Positions 28,293-36,736 of a DNA stretch of 59,675 bases are shown here, one piece after another. This DNA comes from Ilumatobacteraceae bacterium. Its GTDB lineage: Bacteria > Actinomycetota > Acidimicrobiia > Acidimicrobiales > Ilumatobacteraceae. A program made the position numbers and the translations under genes. The notes under the pieces are model-generated. The model saw nothing but the letters and a program-made list of their open reading frames with translations. It did no database searches and had not been told where the DNA came from. Location: positions 1 through 59,675 of the forward strand of contig JANRCO010000090.1 in the NCBI GenBank assembly GCA_030726975.1, written 5' to 3'. Within the stretch, counting starts at the first letter, position 1; every line of letters starts with the position of its first letter.

Positions 28293-28331
28293 AGAGTTTC
28301 CAGTTGTTCTCATTTCAGATAGGAAAGAGAT

Positions 28332-29201
28332 GTGATGCCTTACGACCACATTTCACTGCTCACCGATTATGGAACTGCCGATGAATTTGTTGGCGTCATG
28401 AAAGCAGTGATCGCCGACCTTGCTCCACATGCGCGCATTACTGATCTTGCACATCATGTTCCGGCATACGACGTGCGCGCAGGTTCATTGATGTTGGCTC
28501 GTTGTATTCAATATGTGCCACGTGGAATTGTTATTGGGGTCGTTGACCCAGGTGTTGGTACGCAACGTAAAGCCATTGCACTAGAAATTGCTGGCGGCGA
28601 AGGAATTCTTCTTGGACCCGACAATGGTTTGTTGGCACCTGCTGCCGGAATGGTGGGCGGAGTTGATCGCGCCGTTGTATTGAATAACTTTGCTCTGCAC
28701 CTTCCTGCACCTGGAGCAACATTTGCAGGCAGAGATATTTTTGCTCCGGTAGCTGCACATTTATGTAGTGGAGTTCCCTTCGATGAACTCGGTGATGCGG
28801 TTGATGCCGATCTCCTCATGCCAGGGCTTGTGACACTTCCACAGATTGGTGACACGGAAATTATTTCTGAAGTTACATGGGTTGATCATTTTGGTAACTG
28901 TCAACTCAATGTGGGTCTTGAAGATGTTGCAACTCTTTTGTCGGGCGGTTCGTTATTGCTGTCGCTGGTGGTTGATGGTGTTGCTCGTTCAGCAACCATT
29001 ACCACTGCATTTGGGCTCATTCCCAGTGGGGGAATTGGCCTTGTGATTGACTCTTATGGAATGTTGGCTATTGCGAAAGATCAAGACTCCGCAGCGCGCG
29101 ACGTGGGTGTAGGTGTTGGCGACCAAGTAGTTCTTCGTGCGGGTGAGGCGAGTCAAGTGTCGACTGCAGTGCACATTGGCAAAAAGAATGCATCAGAATA
29201 G
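28332..29201 (+). CDS. SAM hydroxide adenosyltransferase / SAM hydrolase family protein (DUF62, chlorinase/fluorinase-like fold)
   Basis: The N-terminus ISLLTDYGTADEFVGVMKAVI and VVDPGVGT are typical of the family. GTG at 28332 or ATG at 28335, after AGGAAAGAG. Confidence 0.8.
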   Translation: MMPYDHISLLTDYGTADEFVGVMKAVIADLAPHARITDLAHHVPAYDVRAGSLMLARCIQYVPRGIVIGVVDPGVGTQRKAIALEIAGGEGILLGPDNGLLAPAAGMVGGVDRAVVLNNFALHLPAPGATFAGRDIFAPVAAHLCSGVPFDELGDAVDADLLMPGLVTLPQIGDTEIISEVTWVDHFGNCQLNVGLEDVATLLSGGSLLLSLVVDGVARSATITTAFGLIPSGGIGLVIDSYGMLAIAKDQDSAARDVGVGVGDQVVLRAGEASQVSTAVHIGKKNASE

Positions 29202-29271
29202 CCACATGAGTTCCGCTAGGTTATTGGTGTGAGACCCGCTACTACTTTGGTTGTCGGACTCCTCATTGGAG

Positions 29272-29985
29272 TCATTCTGGTTGCAGGGATTGTGCAACTG
29301 TTGTTTTTGCGATAAGTAAGCGCAACCGATCTTTGCGCACGGCAACGGCGTTTGATGCGACAATAAAACCGCCAAACAAAATAGAAACACCGATGAGCAG
29401 CGTGACAGCAAATGCGCGATCTTTCCCCAGTCGACCCGCAATGGTGCCGCTTGCCGACAACACAATTGCACCTAATGCAATGAGTAAGTTGCCCGCCGCA
29501 AGTTGTTTGGGGTGAATTGTCGCGCGTCGAGCCGAGGTAGTTGCAGCAGGTACGCGGTGACGCATGATGCGCAGTGCTGACCACAAGGCCCCTACAATGA
29601 TGACGAGCGCAGGAATTGATGAACCAAGTGCGGCAAAGAGTCGTGGTCCAAGTCCAAACAATTCTTTTGCGGTAGGGAAACTCTCTGGGTCGACTGCTTG
29701 TTTTGTTGGAACAGTGAACACAACGCCAACGGCAACGCCCGAGAGCAGAACAAGAACGGTGCGAACGGCGTGCCCAATGCGTTGTCCGAATAAGAGATAG
29801 ATGGTGCCGAGGCCGAGCCAGGGAACATTGAGGACGGCACCGGTGAGGAAAAAGACGCGAAAACTTGCAGAGCTCCAACCACGACTTTCGGCCCACCACA
29901 GCGAACCCGCGCCGAGGGCAAACAACGCCATCGCAATGGTCCACGCCAGGTCGTGCGCAACCAACGGTCGTAGGTGAGTAAGCAA
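29272..29985 (-). CDS. Integral membrane protein of unknown function
   Basis: 237 aa with about 6-7 hydrophobic helices. TTG start. The overlapping 269-aa frame is Arg/Cys/His-rich and looks spurious. Confidence 0.55.
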   Translation of the reverse strand: MLTHLRPLVAHDLAWTIAMALFALGAGSLWWAESRGWSSASFRVFFLTGAVLNVPWLGLGTIYLLFGQRIGHAVRTVLVLLSGVAVGVVFTVPTKQAVDPESFPTAKELFGLGPRLFAALGSSIPALVIIVGALWSALRIMRHRVPAATTSARRATIHPKQLAAGNLLIALGAIVLSASGTIAGRLGKDRAFAVTLLIGVSILFGGFIVASNAVAVRKDRLRLLIAKTTVAQSLQPE

Positions 29986-30071
29986 AACGCAAAGGAAATG
30001 AGGACAGCGCTAGCGGCGAGAGCACTGTTTTCCATCACGTCAGGTTAGAGGAAAGTAATGGTCGCAAGACT

Positions 30072-30089
30072 TTGTGAAAACCTGCACGA
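30072..30089. promoter_or_regulatory. Candidate Rex operator (ROP)
   Basis: TTGTGAA-aacc-TGCACGA against the consensus TTGTGAA-n4-TTCACAA (12 of 14 positions). It ends 17 nt upstream of the rex GTG. Confidence 0.4.
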
Positions 30090-30106
30090 GCGCCTAGCCT
30101 GTAGAC

Positions 30107-30703
30107 GTGTCGGTTTCCTCGCGTCGCAAAATTCCCGAAGCAGCTCTCATTCGCCTACCCATGTACCTGCGTTTATTAGGAGAGGTGACTGCCCAAGGGA
30201 TAACCCACATCTCGAGTGACCAACTTGCTGAACTTGCCGCCGTCAATGCGGCAAAGGTCCGCAAAGACCTGTCGTATCTCGGAAGCTACGGAGTGCGCGG
30301 CGTGGGTTATGAAGTTGCTTTCCTCTCGTATCAAATTCAGCGTGAATTAGGCGTGAACCATGAATGGCCTATTGTCATTGTGGGTGCCGGAAACTTGGGC
30401 CAGGCCCTTGCCAACTACGGTGGCTTTGTCGAGCGCGGGTTTGGCCTGGTGGGTGTTTTCGACACCGACCCCAGCAAAATCGGCACTTACGTGGGTGGAA
30501 TATGTGTTCAGCACCTCGATGAACTCTCCGAAGTGGTCGTAACGCGCGGTGTCAGCATTGGGGTGCTCGCCACGCCTGCGGCCACAGCTCAAGAGGCAGT
30601 GAATCGCCTGGTTCGGGCGGGGGTGGGTTCGATTCTCAATTTCGTGCCCATGGTCTTGTCGGTTCCACGGGGTGTGCACATCAGCAAGGTCGATTTGGCC
30701 TGA
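30107..30703 (+). CDS. rex: Redox-sensing transcriptional repressor Rex
   Basis: IPEAALIRLPMYLRLL winged-helix N-terminus and VIVGAGNLGQALANY NADH-binding Rossmann motif. Confidence 0.9.
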   Translation: MSVSSRRKIPEAALIRLPMYLRLLGEVTAQGITHISSDQLAELAAVNAAKVRKDLSYLGSYGVRGVGYEVAFLSYQIQRELGVNHEWPIVIVGAGNLGQALANYGGFVERGFGLVGVFDTDPSKIGTYVGGICVQHLDELSEVVVTRGVSIGVLATPAATAQEAVNRLVRAGVGSILNFVPMVLSVPRGVHISKVDLA

Positions 30704-30811
30704 GAATTGCAGATTTTGAGCTATTACGAGCAACAGAAAGTGAATTCTTTAAGTCACATCCAGGCAACGACTACCTCCTCGCGCGTTGTGAGCGCATAGC
30801 GTAGGCACTGT

Positions 30812-32074
30812 ATGTCTGTTGTTGTCATAGGAGTGAACCACCGCACGAGCCCTTTGCAGGTGCTCGAAAAGGTGTCGATCAATCCTGCCGATATGGCGAA
30901 GGCATTACATTCGTTGTCATCACGTAACAACATTCGTGAAGCGGTTGTACTTTCAACATGTAACCGCACCGAGGTGTATGCAATTACTGAAAAGTTTCAT
31001 GCGGCCTATGCCGACATCAGCGACTTTTTTTGTGAACTCGGTGGGCTTGTTCCCGACGAATTGAACAACCATCTCTATAGCCAGCATGACGATGCGGCAA
31101 TTACGCATCTTTTTGAAGTTGCGTGCGGGCTCGATTCAGCCGTCATTGGTGAAAATGAAATACTCGGACAAGTGCGCGATGCATGGACCAATGCGCAAAG
31201 CGAAGGTGCATCGCGTTCTACGTTGAATCTTCTTTTCCGTCATGCGCTTGAAACAGGTAAACGAGCACGCACCGAAACTGGTATTTCCCGTTCCACCACG
31301 TCAATATCTTTTGCTGCAGTAGAAATGGCACGCGACCTCCTTGGCACTCTGGCCGACAAAAAAGTACTCATTGTTGGTGCGGGCGAAATGGGAGAAGGTG
31401 TTGCTACAGCAATTGCTGCAAACCCCGGAACTGAAATCACAGTAGTGAATCGCACTGCTGCGCGCAGTGAAGAACTTGCAAATCGTTTAGGTGCATCAAC
31501 ATTGCCGCTAGAGAATCTCGATGCAGCATTGAATCAAGCAGATGTGCTCGTTACGTGCACCGGTTCAGGAAACTTCATTCTCGATTACGAAAAAGCCCAA
31601 AAAGTAATGAGTGCGCGTTCTGGCAAGAAACTCTTTGTGGTCGATATTGCAGTTCCACGTGATGTGGAAGCGAATGTAGGACACCTCGACAATGTTGAAT
31701 TGCGCAACCTCGATGACCTTCGCGATTGGGCACGTAAAGGCGTTGAACAGCGCGAAGGCGAAGCAGCAAAGGTGCGCATCATTATTTCAGAGGAGTTAGA
31801 GCGCTACACCATCGACTCAACAGCGCGCCAAGCAGCTCCACTTATTGCTGCATTGCATGAGACCGCAGAAGAAATTCGCATTGCCGAACTTGAACGGTAT
31901 GCAAAGCGGCTCGCTGCATTAACCGATGAGCAACGTGAAGCTGTGGAATCACTCACCAAGGGAATCACGGCGAAAATGATGCACCAACCCGCTGTGCGGT
32001 TAAAAGAAGGTGCAGGAACTCCACAGGGTGAGCGCCTCGCCGATGCCGTGCGCGACCTCTTTCATCTTCACTGA
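30812..32074 (+). CDS. hemA: Glutamyl-tRNA reductase
   Basis: VIGVNHRTSPL..., VVLSTCNRTEVYA (catalytic Cys) and VGAGEMGE (NADPH site). Confidence 0.92.
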   Translation: MSVVVIGVNHRTSPLQVLEKVSINPADMAKALHSLSSRNNIREAVVLSTCNRTEVYAITEKFHAAYADISDFFCELGGLVPDELNNHLYSQHDDAAITHLFEVACGLDSAVIGENEILGQVRDAWTNAQSEGASRSTLNLLFRHALETGKRARTETGISRSTTSISFAAVEMARDLLGTLADKKVLIVGAGEMGEGVATAIAANPGTEITVVNRTAARSEELANRLGASTLPLENLDAALNQADVLVTCTGSGNFILDYEKAQKVMSARSGKKLFVVDIAVPRDVEANVGHLDNVELRNLDDLRDWARKGVEQREGEAAKVRIIISEELERYTIDSTARQAAPLIAALHETAEEIRIAELERYAKRLAALTDEQREAVESLTKGITAKMMHQPAVRLKEGAGTPQGERLADAVRDLFHLH

Positions 32075-32090
32075 TGAACATGAGATACCA

Positions 32091-32981
32091 GTGACACAAA
32101 AGATTATCCGTATTGCAACTCGGCCCAGCCCACAGGCTCGTACGCAAGCGCAATTTGTTGCCGACTCAATTACTCGTGAGAACCCTGAAGTTGAGTGCAA
32201 ATTGGTTTTTGTGGAAAGTACGGGCGATCAGCGCGCCGATGTTCCACTTCACCAGATGGCTGGTCAAGGTATTTTCGTTAAGGAAATTCAGCGGGCAGTG
32301 CTCGATGGGCGAGCCGATATTGCAGTGCATTCAGCAAAAGACCTTCCCACCATTACTGAATATGGCTTAGAAGTTGGAGCATGGTGCGCGCGACGCGATG
32401 CGCGCGATGCACTCATCGGCAACTCTCTTCAGCAACTGGAGTCAGGAGCAACAATTGCAACAGGGTCGGTACGCCGCCGTGCGCAGTTGCGAGCAATGCG
32501 CCCCGATCTTCAATTTGTTGAATTGCGTGGCAATATCGGCACGCGTTTAGAAAAAGTACCCGATGGCGGCGCAGTGGTGATGGCGGTTGCAGCTCTTGAG
32601 GTGCTGGGGCTCACAGAGAAAATCACTGAAGTTCTTGATCCAGAGTTTTTCGTACCGATGGTGGGTCAAGGTTGTGTTGCCGTGGAACATCGATTCGGTG
32701 ATTTAGACACACAAAACATTGTCCAGTCAATAGATCACACGGCAACGCGATACGCAGTAGAAATCGAACGTGCTTTTTTGAGTGTTTTGGGTAGTGGTTG
32801 TTCTTTGCCCGTTGGTGCTTACGTCAACGATCTGAATATTCTCACCACCTTTTTGGCCTCAGATGACACCGCACAAGCTCGTTCAATTTCGATGCAAGCT
32901 GAAGTTTCAGATGAAGAAAATGCAACGCTTATTGCTGCTCAACTAGCTCGTACTTCGCGCGAGCAAATGGGAAGGCGTTAG
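32091..32981 (+). CDS. hemC: Hydroxymethylbilane synthase (porphobilinogen deaminase)
   Basis: IRIATRPSPQARTQA, RGNIGTRL, and the cofactor Cys in GSGCSLPVGAY. The GTG at 32091 follows the hemA stop. Confidence 0.92.
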   Translation: MTQKIIRIATRPSPQARTQAQFVADSITRENPEVECKLVFVESTGDQRADVPLHQMAGQGIFVKEIQRAVLDGRADIAVHSAKDLPTITEYGLEVGAWCARRDARDALIGNSLQQLESGATIATGSVRRRAQLRAMRPDLQFVELRGNIGTRLEKVPDGGAVVMAVAALEVLGLTEKITEVLDPEFFVPMVGQGCVAVEHRFGDLDTQNIVQSIDHTATRYAVEIERAFLSVLGSGCSLPVGAYVNDLNILTTFLASDDTAQARSISMQAEVSDEENATLIAAQLARTSREQMGRR

Positions 32982-32985
32982 AAGA

Positions 32986-33744
32986 GTGGCTTCTTTGCCG
33001 TTAAGTGGTCGGCAAATTGTGGTGACACGTGCTTTAGAACAGGCTGGTCCGATAGTTGAGGTGTTGAGTGCTGCGGGTGCCAATGTAATCTCTATGCCAC
33101 TCATTGAAATTATTGAACCTCGCGATGGAGGTGCGGCACGCGATGCAGTGCTGGCAAATATTGGTAGCTATGAGTGGCTGGTGGTGAGTTCACCTAATGG
33201 TGCACGTCGAGTAGTTGGCGCACTTCAAGAAGCAGTCAAGAACTCCACGCGCATTCCGTACATCGCTGTTCTGGGAAACGGCACTCGAGAAGTAGTTGAA
33301 GGCGTTGCGGGAATCAAAGTTCATGTGCAGGCTGAAGCCCCTAGTGGCGAAGGACTCGTGCATAGCTTTCCCACGTATTCAAATGGATCACAAGATAAAC
33401 AGGTGCTTCTTGTGCAGGGTGAAGGTGCCGACCTCACCGTTGTTTCCGGGCTCATAGAAAAGGGCTGGGAAGTCACGCGAGTGAATGCATATCGCACTGC
33501 TCACTGTGTCCCTTCATCTGAGATGCGAGCAGAGGTAGAGCAAGGTGACGCTGTTGTCTTTGCTTCTGGCAGTGCCGCACGCAGTTGGGTATCGGCGCTA
33601 GGAACTGAATTTCGAGGAAAAGTTGTTGTCATCGGGCCCGTGACGCAGAAAGTTGCTGCATCGCTTGGCCTAGAGGTTCATGCAGTGGCAGAAGTACCTA
33701 CTCCTGAGGGTGTTTGCGCGGCCCTTGTTGTGCTTTTTGCATAA
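32986..33744 (+). CDS. hemD: Uroporphyrinogen-III synthase
   Basis: 252 aa. GRQIVVTRALEQAGP...GANVISMPLIEI matches the family pattern, and the gene sits between hemC and hemB. Confidence 0.82.
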   Translation: MASLPLSGRQIVVTRALEQAGPIVEVLSAAGANVISMPLIEIIEPRDGGAARDAVLANIGSYEWLVVSSPNGARRVVGALQEAVKNSTRIPYIAVLGNGTREVVEGVAGIKVHVQAEAPSGEGLVHSFPTYSNGSQDKQVLLVQGEGADLTVVSGLIEKGWEVTRVNAYRTAHCVPSSEMRAEVEQGDAVVFASGSAARSWVSALGTEFRGKVVVIGPVTQKVAASLGLEVHAVAEVPTPEGVCAALVVLFA

Positions 33745-33765
33745 CAACCTCCATAACATTCGGTT

Positions 33766-34746
33766 GTGGCATTTCCCCTATCGCGCCCCCGTCGACTTCG
33801 TACATCTTTCGCTATGAGAGAGCTCGTTGCTGAAACACGTTTGCATACCAGCAATTTTGTCGCACCACTTTTTGTGAAGGAAGGAATTTCTTCACCTCAA
33901 CCCATCGCCTCACTTCCCGGGGTAGTGCAGCACTCTTTAGATTCATTAGAACAAGAGGTACAAGAACTTGCAGAGCTTGGTGTGCGAGGCGTCATTCTTT
34001 TTGGAGTACCCGAAAAAAAAGATGATGTGGGCTCAGGCGCATTTGACCCGCAAGGAATTGTGCAAGTTGCCTTGCAGCGTTTAGCAAAAACTGTTGGCAG
34101 CGAAGTAGTGCTCATGGCCGACCTGTGCGTCGATGAGTACACCAGCCACGGACACTGTGGCATCGTCGGAAAAAATGGCGACGTCGACAACGATTTAACG
34201 CTCGACATTTATGCAAAAATAGCGGTGGCACAAGCAAGTGCCGGTGCACAAGTTGTTGCGCCGAGCGGGATGATGGATGGGCAAGTAGGCGTCATTCGAC
34301 AAGCGCTCGATGCTCACGGGTTTAACGAAGTTTCCATCATGGCGTACTCGGCGAAGTATGCATCGGGCTTATATGGCCCATTTCGCGATGCAGTTGATGT
34401 CAGCATTGCCAATGGGGGCAATCGCAAGGGTTATCAGCAAGATTTTCGTAATGCACGAGAATCACTTGTTGAGGTGCAAGCCGACATCGACCAAGGTGCC
34501 GACATCGTGATGGTCAAGCCGGCAGTTTCATATCTCGATGTCATCTCTGCTGTGCGTGCAATGACACACTTGCCCATTGCGGCATATCACGTGAGTGGTG
34601 AATACGCCATGGTCAAAGCCGCCGCCGCGAATGGTTGGATCGATCACGACACCGTTGCGCTTGAACAGCTCACTGCCATCCGCCGTGCCGGAGCAGACAT
34701 CATTCTCACGTACTTCACTCGTTGGTTTGCAGAGAACAATGGCTGA
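33766..34746 (+). CDS. hemB: Porphobilinogen synthase (delta-aminolevulinate dehydratase)
   Basis: RPRRLR N-terminus, Schiff-base Lys in IVMVKPA, and YHVSGEYAM. Confidence 0.92.
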   Translation: MAFPLSRPRRLRTSFAMRELVAETRLHTSNFVAPLFVKEGISSPQPIASLPGVVQHSLDSLEQEVQELAELGVRGVILFGVPEKKDDVGSGAFDPQGIVQVALQRLAKTVGSEVVLMADLCVDEYTSHGHCGIVGKNGDVDNDLTLDIYAKIAVAQASAGAQVVAPSGMMDGQVGVIRQALDAHGFNEVSIMAYSAKYASGLYGPFRDAVDVSIANGGNRKGYQQDFRNARESLVEVQADIDQGADIVMVKPAVSYLDVISAVRAMTHLPIAAYHVSGEYAMVKAAAANGWIDHDTVALEQLTAIRRAGADIILTYFTRWFAENNG

Positions 34747-34840
34747 TATGACAATCAATTCACCACAGGCCATTCCCTATTGCGATGCAATTGCATGTGT
34801 TGCTGCACAATGCGTACCCACATTATGCGTGGGTAAAGGA

Positions 34841-36118
34841 GTGCCAAGTAATGAAAAACTCTATACGCGATCAAGTGATGTCATTCCCGGAGGAGTGAAT
34901 AGTTCCATACGTGCGTTTAAGTCGGTGGGTGGTTCGCCCTACATCGTTGCGCGTGGAAATGGTGCCCATATTTGGGATGTGGAAGGTAAGAAGTACGTTG
35001 ACCTCGTACAGAGCTACGGAGCAATTATTCTTGGCCATGCACATCCTGCGGTTACTGCAGCAATTCAGCAAGCGGCAATAGATGGCACGTCTTACGGTGC
35101 CCCCACGCCACGCGAAATGAAACTTGCCGAAACAATTAGTTCTCGAGTAGCTAGTTGCGAGCAAGTACGACTCATGAATAGTGGAACTGAAGCCACAAGT
35201 ACGGCAGTACGCCTTGCACGCGGTGCAACTAGTAGAAAAGTCATTGTTACTTTTGCCGGAAACTTTCATGGCGCGACCGATGCCTTATTGGTCGCTGGGG
35301 GAAGTGGTATTGCAACACTTGGTCTGCCAGGAACTGCTGGAGTTCCCGATGAAGCAGTGGCAAACACCATGGTGGCTCCGTACAACGTGGTGCCGCATCT
35401 AACAAACGATGTTGCAGCCGTCATTGTTGAACCAGTGGCTGCAAACATGGGCGTTGTTGCGCCAGCTCCTGGGTTTCTTGAAGGCCTGCGTCAAGAATGC
35501 GATCGCGTTGGCGCACTTCTTATTTTCGACGAAGTCATTACTGGTTTTCGTTTAGGAAGAGGTGGTGCACAAGCAAAGTTCGATGTGCGTCCCGACCTCA
35601 CTTGCTTTGGAAAAGTCATTGGTGGTGGTCTTCCTATTGGTGCAGTGGGCGGCCGACGCGACATCATGTCGGTGCTCACGCCCAATGGAAAAGTTTTTCA
35701 CGCGGGAACACTTGCGGGAAACCCACTTGCAACAGCAGCTGGTCTTGCAGCATTAAACGAACTCACCGACGATGTGTATATGGAAATTTCGGCACGCGCC
35801 CGTCATGGTGCCTCGCTGTTGCGCGACATTTGCTCCGCTGCAGGAATTAATGCTCATTTCCCCGTGGTGGGAACTCTTGTGGGTATGTACATCGGGAAAA
35901 ATGGTGATGCTTCGCAACAGCTTCCTCACAATTTCGATGAAGCAAAAACAACCGACGAAAAAATGTATGCGCAGTTATTTCATGCAATGTTGAAAGAAGG
36001 TGTTGCAATGGCACCAGGTGCTTATGAAGCAATATTTTTTGGTTTAGCACATACCGACGAAGTTTTTGCAGAGTTGGCGCGAGCAGCCGAGCGTGCAGTG
36101 GCGCAAGTTCAACACTAG
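34841..36118 (+). CDS. hemL: Glutamate-1-semialdehyde 2,1-aminomutase
   Basis: IPGGVNSSIRAF, and the PLP Lys in CFGKVIGGGLP. The GTG at 34841 gives an N-terminus (PSNEKLY) that is collinear with E. coli HemL. The alternative ATG at 34739 would add a 34-aa Cys-rich extension. Confidence 0.88.
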   Translation: MPSNEKLYTRSSDVIPGGVNSSIRAFKSVGGSPYIVARGNGAHIWDVEGKKYVDLVQSYGAIILGHAHPAVTAAIQQAAIDGTSYGAPTPREMKLAETISSRVASCEQVRLMNSGTEATSTAVRLARGATSRKVIVTFAGNFHGATDALLVAGGSGIATLGLPGTAGVPDEAVANTMVAPYNVVPHLTNDVAAVIVEPVAANMGVVAPAPGFLEGLRQECDRVGALLIFDEVITGFRLGRGGAQAKFDVRPDLTCFGKVIGGGLPIGAVGGRRDIMSVLTPNGKVFHAGTLAGNPLATAAGLAALNELTDDVYMEISARARHGASLLRDICSAAGINAHFPVVGTLVGMYIGKNGDASQQLPHNFDEAKTTDEKMYAQLFHAMLKEGVAMAPGAYEAIFFGLAHTDEVFAELARAAERAVAQVQH

Positions 36119-36127
36119 GAACTTTTC

Positions 36128-36733
36128 ATGCGTCATTTTCTGAGTGCACGGTTTGCAGCAGCAGTAGGAATTCCCATCGTTGTTGCATTTCTCATTTATG
36201 CGGTGCTCATGAACTCTGGTTCACCTTCGCAATCAGCGAGCAAAGTTGTTCACTTTGTGAACTACACCGCGTCAGTGAATATCGTTCAAGCTGAAAGCGG
36301 TTGGTCAGTTGTACAGGGAACTTCACGCTCAACTGCTCGGTTGGCCCTTGATGATGCACGAACTGTCTTTATTGCCGAGGGAACACCAGGTGAAATTACC
36401 TGCACCGATTTTTCCACCCCGAATGCTTGTGTGCTCATTGCAGAACTGTTGGGTGATGCTGTGGTCTGGTTCGCACTTACTCCTGCAACGAGTGAGACAT
36501 TGCTCACTCGACTTGCGTTACCGCCCGTTGTTGACATGTTGAACGGTGGAGACTTTGCAGTCTTGAGTAACGGTTGGGTTGTTCCATTGGCAACACCAAC
36601 GAAGCGATCATGTTCAACACCAACTGTTTCGTTGCGCGAGTTCATCAATAAATTTGCTAGCAACATGAATGTGTCACTGAACCTGTCGGCAGATCAGATT
36701 GATGTGGTGACATGCACCAGCGAAGGAAACTAA
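36128..36733 (+). CDS. Membrane-anchored extracytoplasmic protein of unknown function
   Basis: N-terminal TM helix (AAAVGIPIVVAFLIYAVLM) followed by a roughly 165-aa domain with four Cys. I recognised no motif. Confidence 0.5.
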   Translation: MRHFLSARFAAAVGIPIVVAFLIYAVLMNSGSPSQSASKVVHFVNYTASVNIVQAESGWSVVQGTSRSTARLALDDARTVFIAEGTPGEITCTDFSTPNACVLIAELLGDAVVWFALTPATSETLLTRLALPPVVDMLNGGDFAVLSNGWVVPLATPTKRSCSTPTVSLREFINKFASNMNVSLNLSADQIDVVTCTSEGN

Positions 36734-36736
36734 GTT

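Noticed and set aside
29216-30025. A 269-aa ORF on the - strand overlapping the membrane protein gene in another frame.
   Set aside because: It is extremely Arg/Cys/His/Trp-rich and has no hydrophobic periodicity. The alternative frame encodes a coherent multi-TM protein.
30625-30635. T-loop-like strings: GGGTTCGATTC inside rex, and GGTTCGAAT at 7337-7345.
   Set aside because: Both lie in a coding or SD context with no surrounding cloverleaf complementarity. I treat them as chance matches.
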